Below the pieces are notes generated by a model. The model searched no databases. It worked only from the letters and a program-made list of their open reading frames with translations, and was not told the DNA's origin. The translations under genes were made by a program, and so were the position numbers. A stretch of 64,000 nt of DNA from positions 1 to 64,000 of the forward strand of contig CAWEHK010000043.1 in assembly GCA_963808625.1 (NCBI GenBank), read 5' to 3'. The stretch is from an uncultured delta proteobacterium. GTDB taxonomy: Bacteria > Desulfobacterota > Syntrophobacteria > Syntrophobacterales > Syntrophobacteraceae. Below, one piece after another: positions 1 through 11,281 of this stretch (its first letter is position 1; each line of letters opens with the position of its first letter).

Positions 1-8
1 GCAAGGTT

Positions 9-2086
9 TCATCGTTTCCGTATTCTACAGGGCAGGACCTTCATGTTGGGCGTCCCGAACTCCCTGCCCAGCTTTCCGATAGAGTGAGCATGTTGAAATT
101 CGATCTTCGCCACGCAAACTGTTCGGCCGCATCCCCTTCCGGGAACCACCACCCCATGGCCGCACTGACCACACGCGGGTGAACGATATCGGTGATCCTC
201 GCCACCTGCCGGATTTCGCCGTACTTCGTCGAGACGACAACCTGGTCACCATCGCTGATCCCATAGGCCGCTGCCGTGTCGGGGTGGATTTCGACCAGCG
301 GGTGGGGGCGCTTTCGACGGAGCTTCTCCAGCCAGCGATAGGAGGAGTGGAGATAGTAGCGACTCTTGGTGCTGATCAAAATCAATGGATAATCAGGGTC
401 CTCCTCTTCGGGTAGACCAGTGAATTCAGGAAGCGGTTTCAGTTTGAACTTTTCAGCCGTGCTCAGTTTCAATTCCACCTTTCCGGTGGGGGTGCGGAAG
501 CCCACTTCCTCATATTGCCGGAAGCGATCAGGCCCCTTGAGATATCCTCTGGCCACGAATTCACGATAGGTCAACCCGGCCGGTCTGACCACCGCTTCCA
601 GAAACTCCTCAAAATCATCATGCCAGTATTGGGGATCTGATACCCGTTTTCCCAGTTCATTCATAATCTTCATGTCGGGCCAACACTCCGGCGGGGGCTC
701 CACAAGCTTTGGCCGGGCGAGGATCATGCCGTGGCCAATGCCGTAGTGACCGATGTCATTCATTTCATACTGGTGCGCCACCGGGAGGACAATATCGGCG
801 AGGGATGCGGTCGGTGTCATGAAGATCTCGGCCACGGCGACAAAATCGAGGCTCATGAAGGTATCAAAAGTGAGCGCACTGTCAGCCCAGGTAACCAGAG
901 GATTGGTGCAGATGCCATAGTATCCCCTGACCGGGTATGGCTTGTCTTCGAGTACGGCCTTCCGGAAATAGGCCGGCGCCACCGTCATCAGCCTCGGAAT
1001 GATGCCGTGGTAGGTACTGATCATCTCCTTGCGTTTCTCGGGGATGAGATCGGCCCTCACGAATTCGCCCAGTCCCATGATTTTCGGCTCGTGGGCATTG
1101 ATGTTACCGCCGGGCACTTCGAGGTTTCCGGTGATGGCCATGAGGCAGACCAGGGAGCGGGCGGCATCGAAGGCGTTGACATTATGCTCGATGGCATTGC
1201 CCCACTGGAGCGCAGCAGGTTTTGCTGAAGCATAGAGCCTTGCCGCCTTGCGAATGAGCTCAGGCGGCACCCAGGTGATTTCCGAGACCGTCTCGGGGCT
1301 GTAGTGCTTCACATGCCGCGCCAGGTCGTCGAATCCATAGGTATATTTTTCAACAAAGCCATGGTCGTGAAGCGCTTCCTCGATGATCACATGCAGAAGA
1401 CCCAAGGCGAGGGCCTGAGACGTTCCAGGGCGGAGTTGCAGCCACAGCTCGGCCCGGTCGGCAAGCTCCGTCCTGCGGGGATCGACGACGATCAGCCGCG
1501 CGCCGTTCTTGAGTTGTTCGAGGGTGAGGCTGGCAATCTGCCCTTCCTCGCTGGTCGAAAGCACGTTGCTGGCCCATGCAAGGATGAGCCTGGTCGGATG
1601 GTGGAGATCGGCAACCGGGTAAAACCCGCAGGTGTGGATGCCGGTGATCTCGCGAGGGGCATGGCACACATCCTGAGAGGCAACGACATTGGGGGAACCG
1701 AAAATATTGGCCAGCCGAATCAGAACGAAATGCTCGAGCCCTTTCGGCATGCCCACCCCAAAACCAACCGCTCGCGCGCCGTACTTTTCTTTGATGGCAA
1801 GCAGTTTCTCGGCCGTCTCGGCGAGCGCTTCATCCCAGGAAATCCGCTGCCATTTCCCCTCCCCGCGTTTCCCTGTCCGCCTAAGAGGATAGCGAAGCCG
1901 GCCGGGATGGTTCAGACGATCGGGTGACACCCTACCCTTGTAGCAGGTGTACCCCTTATTGAGGAACCCTTCCGGGTCCCCTTTGACCTGAACGATCTCA
2001 TTGTCCTTGACACTGACCAGCAGCGCACAGCCGCCATGGTCCATGCGTGCGCAATGAGTCTTTACCCAGCGAGTCTCTTCCGACAT
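9..2086 (-). CDS. Molybdopterin-dependent oxidoreductase (DMSO reductase superfamily, acetylene-hydratase-like)
   Basis: N-terminal Fe-S motif CARMDHGGC...CYKG, RL-YPL-R-G-RGEG-WQRISWDEA, LIVVDPRRT, C-terminal molybdopterin dinucleotide-binding domain (HSSYRW, VEIHPDTAA). ATG at 2086; frameshift near 85 restores C-terminus ...GKLGREFGTPNMKVLPCRIRKR* ending at 9. Confidence 0.88.
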
Positions 2087-2636
2087 CTCGAATAAACCTC
2101 CTTGGCTCGTTGACCGAGAGGGCTTGTCACAAAACTTCGCCTCAAGCTTCCAGATCACTATGGGGGCACAAAGGGTCAATGTTCATCAACAAATTCCAAA
2201 ATAACATTTCATTGCACGAAGGCTACGAAGAATTGGAACGGACTTCCTGACCGTCTTTGCTCAGCACAAGATCAATGAAGCGTTATGCAAGATCCTTCAT
2301 TTGAGTCGATGCTGCCTTAGAGAGCGTCCCAAAGCAACTTGCATTCATTTCAGCTCCTTTTCGAACCACGAAGGACACGAAGAGCACGAAGACATCACTT
2401 CGTGTTCTTCGTGCTCTTCGTGTCCTTCGTGGTAAAAGAAGGCCTTTTGTCTTTGGATGCCCCCCTTGGCAATTGCCCGACAACACTTTCTGTGCCTTTT
2501 CGCAGTAACGGATTCAGGTTACTCTTAACGCGCAGATTTCATCGGCAGGCTCACGGCTCATTCGGGGACCGTTGACCGCACATCGTTTCGGCCGGAGATT
2601 GCGAGAGGTCCCACGGCAGCGCAAAGGAGCAGCGTT

Positions 2637-3794
2637 ATGGAAAAGACGGTCAGCAGGCGTGAGTTTCTTTCGCAGTGCGGGCGGTGCGCCTTGTTCCTGG
2701 CAGGGCTGAAGGCATCTGAGTGGGTTTCGCTGCCGTCCGAAAGCTTTGCGCAGGGCCTGGAAAAGGGATTCCTGGGGAAGAAGGTTTCGCCTTATTTTAC
2801 GGCGTTGAGCGATGGGGGGCGGGTCCGGTGCGAGCTCTGTCCCCGCCTGTGCCAGGTGGAAAAGGGGAAGCGCGGCTACTGCCGGGTGCGGGAAAACATC
2901 GACGGCAAGTATTATTCGCTCGTTTACGGTAATCCCTGTTCCGTGCATGTCGACCCGATTGAGAAGAAAGCCCTTCTTCCATGTGCTCCCGGCGACCCTT
3001 TCGTTTTCCCTTGCCACCGCCGGCTGCAATCTGAACTGCAAATTCTGCCAGAATTGGGAGATTTCTCAGGCAAGACCGGATGACACCCTCAATTACGATC
3101 TGCCCCCCAAGGAAATTGTGGAGGCGGCGAAACGCAACCGCTGCCAGTCCATCGCGTCCACTTACGTCGAACCCACCATCTTCATCGAGTACATGCTCGA
3201 AATCGGGCAGTTGGCCAGGGAGCAAAAGATCCTCAAGGTCATCCATTCCAACGGCTACATCAATGCCGCCCCGCTCCGGGACCTCTGCCGATACCTCGAT
3301 GCCGCCTGCATTGATTTGAAAGGTTTTACGGACGACTATTACCGCGATCTGACCGAGGGCAGCCTCGAGTCCGGTTCTGGCGACCCTGAAGCAGGCTCAA
3401 GCAGAGCAAGGTACACACCGAACTGGTGACCCTCATCGTCCCGGGGAAGAACGATGACATGGAGCAGGTCCGGGCCATGTGCCGCTGGATCAGGACCGAG
3501 CTGGGCCCTGACGTGCCGCTGCATTTCAGCCGCTTCTACCCGCTCTACAAGTTGAAAAGCCTCCCGCCAACCCCGGTCGCAACCCTGGAGCAGGCCTGGA
3601 AGACCGCCCTGGATGAAGGCCTTCATTTCGTCTACATCGGCAACGTCCCCGGCCATGATGCCGAACACACCAACTGCCCCCAGTGCAAAACCCGTCTGAT
3701 CGAGCGCACCGGCTACCGGGTCCAGGTACTGCAGCTCCAGGAGGGCAAATGCGGCAAATGCGGTCAGGCCATCCCGGGGATCTGGAAGATCTAG
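2637..3794 (+). CDS. amrS: AmmeMemoRadiSam system radical SAM enzyme with twin-arginine signal peptide (frameshifts near 2965 and 3370)
   Basis: SRREFL Tat motif; CELCPRLC...GYCRVR; DPIEKK; CNLNCKFCQNWEISQ radical SAM motif; PLHFSRFYP; C-terminal CPQC...CGKC; three ORF pieces join. Confidence 0.85.
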
Positions 3795-3979
3795 AACGCG
3801 GTCTGCTGGGAAGCGCATGTGAAGGTCACGAACGACAATGAGGCCAGGGCCCTCAGATCTTTCTACGCGAAGGACCGAGAACTTTGGGCCGGTTGCATCT
3901 GGTGGAAGATTTATGAGGTCATGTGACCCGCAAGAACGTGACGATTGTTACCAACAAGGAAAACCTGGAGATGAGCCGC

Positions 3980-4101
3980 GTGGCCAGCTGAACGCCACCG
4001 ACTCCCTGCAGGCGGCCTTCAGCGACGCCCTCAACCGCCATGGCCCCGATGCCAGGGTACCGTTTGTGCCCTGCGGCCGCTATACCGTGCTGGATGTATA
4101 G
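3980..4101 (+). pseudogene. Possible orphan C-terminal fragment of a LarA (lactate racemase)-like gene
   Basis: Translation QLNATDSLQAAFSDALNRHGPDARVPFVPCGRYTVLDV* resembles LarA C-termini; no upstream body. Confidence 0.3.
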
Positions 4102-4229
4102 GCGGTCAGGTTTTGGCGGGATACGGCCTGATTGAGCCTTTCCTGACATCGCGGGCTCAAATCAGGCAGGACCGAGTGATGAACAGGGGCTGTGGGAAGC
4201 GATCCACAGCCCTTTATTGCTGGGACATC

Positions 4230-4454
4230 TCAAGATGCCTTCTTCAGCCGTTCTGCCACCCAAAGCTTGATGATGGACTGCCGTGGCACGCCCATACGTT
4301 TTGCTTCTTTATCCAGGAGTTGGATCATCCATAAGGGGAAATCTACATTGACCCTTTTCTGTTCCTGGACTGGTCTCCTGGCTTTAGAAATATCAAGATT
4401 CTGAGAGACATCCTCGCCTTCGTCAAACTTCTTGTCAAATTCTTCAGCTTTCAT
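4230..4454 (-). CDS. brnA: BrnA/CopG-family antitoxin
   Basis: MKAEEFDKKFDEGEDV...KRVNVDFPLWMI..LDKEA..GVPRQSIIKLW; overlaps the upstream brnT. Confidence 0.85.
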   Translation of the reverse strand: MKAEEFDKKFDEGEDVSQNLDISKARRPVQEQKRVNVDFPLWMIQLLDKEAKRMGVPRQSIIKLWVAERLKKAS

Positions 4455-4704
4455 ATATCTGAATCTCCTCTTTGCGGGATCGACGTACGGAAATTATTCT
4501 GATCTTGTCGCTACGACAGGTTGTAATTCCCGACCAAAACTGATCGGCTATCCTGCCGACGACCATAAACCGGGGTTCATCAGTCGTTCTTGCCGGAATC
4601 TCAATCACGTCGGGATCATCCCACAATGCTTGGGCTTCACAAAAATCGATCCCATGCTTTTCCTTGTTCTTCTCGCTTTTTTCCGGATCAAATTCAAATC
4701 GCAT
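4444..4704 (-). CDS. brnT: BrnT-family toxin
   Basis: MRFEFDPEKSEKNKEKHGIDF.EAQALWDDP...IRIISVRRSRKEE. Confidence 0.87.
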   Translation of the reverse strand: MRFEFDPEKSEKNKEKHGIDFCEAQALWDDPDVIEIPARTTDEPRFMVVGRIADQFWSGITTCRSDKIRIISVRRSRKEEIQIYES

Positions 4705-4839
4705 AGTATATAAATTATACCTTTTGTATACCTTTGTGGCAATAATCTCGGCCAATCATGTCTTCTTCCTTTTGGCTCCAACATCAGCGCTCAGCTGCGC
4801 CGCCTTTCCGGCGTTGGTTGGAGCTGTTCCGCGAATCCT

Positions 4840-4962
4840 TCACCTGATTGGAGGCACACCGAGGTCACGGCAGAGCTCCTTGGCGAGATCGTTGTCGATC
4901 TCGGTATGCCGCAGGACGGCAAATCGCTTGTTGCGTGCCGGATTATGCCACCACGAATGGCG
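4840..4962 (-). pseudogene. HicA-family toxin C-terminal remnant
   Basis: RHSWWHNP....AVLRHTEIDNDLAKELCRDLGVP matches the HicA C-terminal half; N-terminus absent. Confidence 0.6.
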
Positions 4963-5069
4963 GAGCTGACTGACGATCTCCGCCGCAGGCGTAGTGCTGA
5001 ACAGCTTGGCGTAATCCAGAGGTGGCACATTAAAATCGGCCTCTGAGCCATAGGCATCGCGCACAGCTG

Positions 5070-5135
5070 TAACTTGGGCAGAAACTCCTTTTCATGACAG
5101 CCATGCGTGATGTGCCAGGCATATCCGGGGCTGTA
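5070..5135 (-). pseudogene. Fragment of a REP-associated/IS200-like tyrosine (Y1) transposase N-terminus
   Basis: Minus strand reads YSPGYAWHITHGCHEKEFLPKL, resembling the PG.vWHITHRCH.kEFLL start of RAYT-like transposases. Confidence 0.5.
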
Positions 5136-5576
5136 TCAGGCGTCTCCCTCGCCTCCCCCTCACCCTTGATCACCTTTAAAGCTTGCGGCAAATCCTCCCC
5201 TTCCATGTGTCCTCCTCAAAGCTATTTCGATGGCGAAGCACGATTCGCCTGATCGTTTCACTCCGGTATTTTGAAATGCTTCCCCAAGGTTAGATCATGG
5301 ATCTTATCCCGTTACTCGACGCTATGCATGCTCGCGAAAGTATAAAAGCTTCATTCTCACGCCGGGGCGCAGAGTCTTATGCCAAGGGCTTTTCTCCGCG
5401 ATCTCCGCGTCTTTGCGTGAGGCAAGAATGGTAATTTTTCAAGCCAAATAAGGGTGCATTTCGCACAAGACTCGGTGACCTTTGTACCGGCGTTTGGACA
5501 AGCTACCGCAATCCCTGGAGATTTCATCCGAATCGGAACCAATCCGAGGGGAAAGGGAAATCCTCACTCCAGTTCG

Positions 5577-6650
5577 TCACCGGCCCTGGAAGGGAATTTG
5601 ACCGAGGTCGACCGGAAAATCAGGAACCTCCTGCTGCGCCAGAGCGGCCTCGACAATCTCCCGGGGAAACATCCGGAGTTCCTTTGGATCAAGACGGTAT
5701 TGCGGGAGAAACTGCGTGATGAGCCCCAGCACCGCGGCAGCTTGACTACGGTCCCGTTGTTTCTTGACGGGCTCCCGGTCCTCCCGGTTTGAAAGCCATA
5801 ACTTGTGGATCAGGAATCCCCTCGGGTCGATGGTCGCCATGAGCGCCGGGAAGCCGTCGTCTCCGATGACGATCTGCTCGAATTTGGGCGAAGAAAGCAA
5901 CCACTCGAGTTTGCCGACATCGGCGGCGGTGAGGTCGCCCTCTTCCGCGAGGCCGCGGGGCTCGCTCTTCCACGGGGGAGAGGGCACGGGCCGGATCAGG
6001 TCGACCATGTATCCGTCACGGTTTGCGGCTCGATAGGAACCCTTGCCGAGCACGTCGAAAGACCGATCCACTGATCTCAGGAGCTCGATCAGGCCCTGAA
6101 ATCTGAGGCTGCCTCGCGCTGCAAGGGCAAGCTTTTTCCGGCTGTCGAGCAACAGGTCGAGGTCCATCGTCGCGGTCATCATGGGATCCAGCAGAACGCC
6201 GGCGGCAGCCTCGTAGGCATAAAGTGCGTGCGTTCCAACCACCAGGAGCCGGTCACCGAGCAGGCTGTGGCGCCGCAGCACCCGAAGGATGGCGGCAACG
6301 AGGCGTGGGACTCGTTGAATATGCACGGCGCGGCAGAGCCTGGCCTGCTCTGCAAGGCGCTCGCGAAGAGCGCCCTGGCGTTCTTCCACGGCGGCCTTGC
6401 CCTCCCGAAACCGCGCCAGGACGTCTTCGGTTTCGGAGCCCCTGGGACCGAGGCTTTTTCCGCGCCCGGTGCGATCAGTGGTTCGAAAGAGATACTCCCG
6501 GCCTTTAGACTTCTTCCAGTGCATGCCGCCCCGGTACGACTGCACCCGGTCTTCGGCTTCCAAGAATGCCTCGAAGACTTGGGTAGCATCCAGATAAATG
6601 CGCCGTTGCGTATCAGACAAGACCTTGAAAATCAATGTGTTTTCCTTCAA
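5577..6650 (-). CDS. GSU2403-family nucleotidyltransferase-fold protein
   Basis: GGMHWKK..GREYL, SLGPRGSETE, VVGTHALYAYEAAAGV, ATMDLDLL, DPR.FLIHKLWLS.R.DR.P.K..RD..QA. Confidence 0.75.
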   Translation of the reverse strand: MKENTLIFKVLSDTQRRIYLDATQVFEAFLEAEDRVQSYRGGMHWKKSKGREYLFRTTDRTGRGKSLGPRGSETEDVLARFREGKAAVEERQGALRERLAEQARLCRAVHIQRVPRLVAAILRVLRRHSLLGDRLLVVGTHALYAYEAAAGVLLDPMMTATMDLDLLLDSRKKLALAARGSLRFQGLIELLRSVDRSFDVLGKGSYRAANRDGYMVDLIRPVPSPPWKSEPRGLAEEGDLTAADVGKLEWLLSSPKFEQIVIGDDGFPALMATIDPRGFLIHKLWLSNREDREPVKKQRDRSQAAAVLGLITQFLPQYRLDPKELRMFPREIVEAALAQQEVPDFPVDLGQIPFQGR

Positions 6651-6855
6651 AGCGATAAAGTGTTGTTAGTGAAGGAAACCTGCCGCATTATTCGAATGTT
6701 GTCAAGATCATCATCAGCTGCCATTCAAGATCACGCTCTGTGACCTCGAACAATGAATTTCGTCCGCCTCTTCCTTGTATCCGTGTTTGTTCGATGAGCC
6801 GGAAAACCGCGCCACCGGGACAAACCTGTCCAAGCGGCCGGTTGTCGGATTCCCC

Positions 6856-7921
6856 CTACCTGGCCATCCGCTCGATAGCGATTTTTTTAAAGGTTTCGTG
6901 AAAATGGACCGGAGGCGTGGTGCGGTCGCCTTCCGGCTTTGCCACCAGGGTGACGGCCTCTTCGGGGCAGGTCGGGACGCAAAGGCCGCAGCCGATGCAG
7001 CGGTGGCGCTGGACCTCGCGCGGTCTCATCGAGTTGTATTGCCTCCATCTGGCAGCGCTCGACACAGACGCCGCAACCGGTACAGAGATCTTCATCGATC
7101 TCGGCATAGTAGTTCGAGGCGACATACTCGGCTGGATTCGGGAGTCGTTTGAGGTTCTTCAGAATCTGGCAGCAACACCCGCAGCAGGTGCAGATGTTGA
7201 CGACTTTTTGCGCATTCGAGGGCTGCAAGACCAAGCCTTGCTTCTCGGCTTCATCCAAGATGCGCAGCGCCTCGTCGTGATCAATCCGTCGCCCGAGCCC
7301 GTTTTCCAAATAGTAACGCGCTCCCGAACCGAACACCAGGCACGCTTCCTGGGGCCGGTTGCAGGCTTCCCCCATGATCTGCCGTTCCTTCCTGCAAATG
7401 CATGGGGCCACAAGGATCTCCTCCTGTCCCATGACGATCTCTCGCGCCCTTTCGTAGCCCATTATCTGCTGTTCCAGCGGCAGCGCCGCAGCAATCGGGA
7501 TGGTTCGAAGCTGGGGCGTCTTCAGCCGGTTGCGGTCTGCAAAAAAATGAGGCAGGTATTCGTCCACGTCTTTGATGAGCTCCGGGTCCAGATCGTTGAC
7601 GTGGTATTCCCAGATGCCAATCACAAACTGGGCCGCCACGTATCGCACCTCGTCCCCCTTGCGATGGCGGGAAATGAGCCCTTTCCTGGCCATGGCTTCC
7701 AATTGCGGCCCCAACGCTTCGGCGCTCTTCGAGGTACGAGCGGCAATCTGGTCCACGCTTTCCGGCTTCGGCGTGAGGAGCTGAGCCAGGGCAGCTTCCT
7801 CGGGAGAAAAAAGACGCCGCAGAATGCGCATCTCCACCCCGGTGGAAGTCCTTGGAAAACCCGCCGGCAAACGATCCAGATGAGCTGCCAGAGACTCGTA
7901 AACCTTCTGTTCTTGTTCCAT
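6856..7921 (-). CDS. 4Fe-4S dicluster ferredoxin-domain protein with N-terminal HTH-like region (frameshift near 7020)
   Basis: LA.HLD.LPAGFP.T..GVEMRIL..LFSPEEA; PCICR; CTCCGCCC; CTGCGVCVERC and CIGCGLCVPTC. Confidence 0.8.
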
Positions 7922-8241
7922 AGATCTATTCTCCCGCATCGAGGTTGTGGTGATGATCTGAGAAGCTTTTCTCCCGCCCTTCCTGTGCTCCTGCAATCTT
8001 AGCACAAGTCCACGTAAATGAGCGTCCGATATCCAATCCGTCATGCCCGCGGAGGCTCGCATCCAGGCTTCTCTTCTGGATTCCCGCTAAAGGCATGCGG
8101 GAATGACGACCGGGGACACTGAACACTTTGTTCTGCTGTGCTGTACTTAGAACTTCCAATCAGTTATGGCACGAGGAAACGCGCCTATCCCTCCCTGAGC
8201 TAGGGATTCTTATTCTTCGTATAACGTGCATGGTCTGCGGC

Positions 8242-10739
8242 TCAGACTGAACCAAGCCGTTTCCCATCCTTTACCGCGCCCAGCATAAGCGTCAGAACCC
8301 CAACCAGGCAACAGGCGACGAGGGCCAGCATGGTGGTGGTCAGTCCGTAAATCGGCAGAACAAAGAGCGAGGCGGTCAGAACGCCGACGGTCGCTCCGAC
8401 GAGATCCAGAGCATAGAGTCTCGGTCCCGAGGCTGCCGGCAGGAGCGGTGAGCTCGAAACGGCCTGCACGCATAAGGAAAAATGAAGACCGCTCAGAACC
8501 CCGGAAGTGAGGGCGAGAAAAGAAAAGATCACACTCGTTGGCGGCGGCTTCCGGGGGATGGTTTGCAGTTGCTGTTGAAGCAACAGCAGAAGCCCCAGGG
8601 TGCCAAGAATATATAGAGCCAGGACGGACTGAGTCAAGATGAGCCACCGGCTCGGGGTTCCGATCCGGGACGGGAACAAGGCGATCAATCCTGCGCCCAG
8701 GGCCAACCCGGCCATGAAGAAGGCGATGATCAAGGCCAGTTGCGTGTAGACAAACCCTTCGAGAATTTGGAACCCAAGCAGCAGGATGATTTCCAGAACC
8801 ATTTGCACGCCGCCCACCACGAACACATTCAGCATCACGGCCGCTCTTGTGGTCCCGCGGCTTTTCCAGAAAAGGCACAGCAGGCCCAGGGAGAGCATGC
8901 CCACCACGGTCCAGAACAGCGGACGCCCCACCTGCGAGATCGCCGTGAATGCCCCTCCCAGCGCGGGATAGACCTGCGCCGTCCAGACGAGCAGGTTGTT
9001 GAAATAACAGGTTGGCTCAAAGTCCCGGTTGACCGGGACGGAGGACGACTGTTTGAGGACGGCCTGCATATAGTCCAGGCGCATCGGGTTCAGGTAGTCG
9101 AAAAGATAGTATTCCCGGACATACCGAAGATCGAGCTCGCGCGCGGCGATCCGCCGGATCAGTTCCTGCGGGTCCGCGGTAAGGATTCCGGGCCTCAGGC
9201 CGGCAAGAAACCGGGCGTTTTCCCCTGGAATGACGAGGACTTCAGGGAACACGCTGCGAAGCGTAGCGTAAACGGACTGGAGCAGACGGGCCTCGGCGCG
9301 CCCGACCATGTCCGGTGAAGAGGTGATGCCGAAGGAAAAGATCCCATCGGGATTGAGGAGCCTCTCAATGCGGCGGAAGAATTCGACCGTGTAAAACCGG
9401 TTCGTTTCCGCATTAACCGGGATCGCCAAGCTGCATGATGACCACATCATAGGGGGCATCAGCGGCCCGGATGAAGGTGCTCGCATCGGCATGAAACAGG
9501 TGCACCCGTTGATCGAAGAGCGCGGCCGTCGCCGGGGCGGGCACGTATTCCTCGGCCAGCTCAAGCACTTCGGGATCAGGCTCCACATAGTCAATGCGTT
9601 TGATCCCCGGATATTTCAATATTTCGAAGAGAAGACCTCCGCCACCCTCCGCCAATAAGCAGAACCTTCCGGGGCTCAGGATGTTGAAGCATGGCCGGGT
9701 GCACGGCGTATTCGGCAGTCTGCGGGTCCGGGGTTGAAAAGAAGAGCAAACCATTGGCAAAGAGGCTGAACTGATTGGCGTCGGCGAGAAGCGCCAAATT
9801 CTGGAAGGGGGTGTCACGAACCGCCAGCACGTTTTGCCCCCACTGCCAGCGACGACTCAGGCTGTCAAGGTTTCTGGAAGAAATAAGGGCTGTCGTGACG
9901 AGGACCAGGACCGCCCCCAGGATGACTAAAGCCTGGCCGGGTTTTCGCCTGGAAGCATTGAAGGTTTTGATCTCGTGGGGAGAGGATGGTGGTGACTTAT
10001 GAAAAATCCCCCTAAATCCCGCTTTAAAGAAGGGGGACTTCCTGTGGGCTTCTCCTTTGGAAGAAGGGGATTTACCCAGCATCTCTCTTTTAAAAAAGGG
10101 TGATTTCCAAATGGTTGCCCCTTTCCTAAAAGAGAACAGAATGACGGCGATCACCAGGATGATCAGCGCCGTGAGCAGGGTGGCGGGGTAAATGGAAAAC
10201 CGCGGAAGCAAGACGAAATAAAAGAAAAGCCCTCCCATCGCCGCTCCCAGGGCTTCGCCGAGATAGATAACGAGCGGCCGCCCCGATCCCTTCTCGAAGG
10301 AACTCGCCAGCCCCGCCCAGGCGAACCCGAAGAGGGCCCCCGAAGCCAGACAAAAAGGGCCGGTTGCCGAAAAGGATATCCAGAGCATCGAGAGGGGGCC
10401 CAGCATTTCTCCTCTGGGGATGGCCCAGATGATTCTCGCCGCCCTGATCCAGAGGACCGATGCGGGCAGAAGCAGCGCCAGCAGGGTCAGAAGCAACGGC
10501 AAAACAAGCGGGTGCCGGGACCCGAGCGCAGCATAACGGCCGGCAGCACTGCTTCCCAACGCCGTCCAGAGCAGCCAGCTTGCGAAGATCAGGCCGGTGG
10601 AAAGTTCATTGCCATAAAAAAGCACCAGGAGTTCCCTCAGGATTACAATCTGACCGATGGCCGCGGCAAAACCGCATGCTGTTATGCTGAGAAAGGAAAA
10701 ACGCGATCGCTCTTTACCCATTCCGTTATCGGGAATCAT
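8242..10739 (-). CDS. Membrane-bound spermidine-synthase-like (fused TM/SAM-dependent methyltransferase) protein, frameshifts near 9640 and 9420
   Basis: N- and C-terminal TM bundles (GQIVILRELL...GNE; YALDLVGA); central DTPFQNL, HPAMLQHPEPRKVLLIGGG, YVEPDP, DA..FI, YDVVI..L.DP, NRFYTVEFF, N.DF.P. Confidence 0.8.
10002..10108. repeat. Three tandem palindromic units (CCC/CTC-TTT-n-AA-n-AA-GGGG-ATTT) inserted in frame inside the spermidine-synthase-like gene
   Basis: aaaaatccccctaaatcccgctttaaagaagggggactt; ctcctttggaagaaggggattt; ctcttttaaaaaagggtgattt; translated KSPFFK/KSPSSK/KSPFFK. Confidence 0.65.
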
Positions 10740-11281
10740 GGGGCCTTGACCTTTATGGAGGAATAGATCCGGACACCCACCTTCGGAAAAGTCCCCGAGG
10801 TGTTGTTGAAACGATCTACCATTCGGTTGAATTTTTAGCATCAATTGTCTTGACCTGACAACCGCACCGGTATACATTGACTCGGTTTTTTTGGGAACCA
10901 TCCAGGCACTGTCGCATCGGGCAGTGCTGGAGTTCGCTGGATGGCAAAAAGGTTGCGCACCCGTTGTTAAAGTTGATTCTGAATACGAACCAGGCTTCTA
11001 TTTTCCCCTGCCCGCTCTCCTCGTTGCGATAACCGGTCGATCCCTTCGGCTCTCGCTGCCGGCATTGGTGCGGCTTTGTTTTACGCATGCCCCCGGCGGT
11101 GGCTTCCGTTTGCCGGTCGCCGATGCGCAATCCTCATTTTGAATTGGGATGCCCCCCTGACGTGTGGCAAAGAGGAAGACAAATATTGAGTATATCGGGT
11201 CCTGGCAGACCTGACTGAGGTCCTGCCGGCCTTTGGTGCGATTTGCTTGTGTGTCGCGTGTTGTCTATGGAGTAAAGGTTC

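Noticed and set aside
2360..2435. CACGAAG 9-mer inverted arrays (also ~15360, 21050, 35605, 55420, 60940) as CRISPR
   Set aside because: No constant repeat with unique spacers and no cas genes; simple palindromic intergenic repeats
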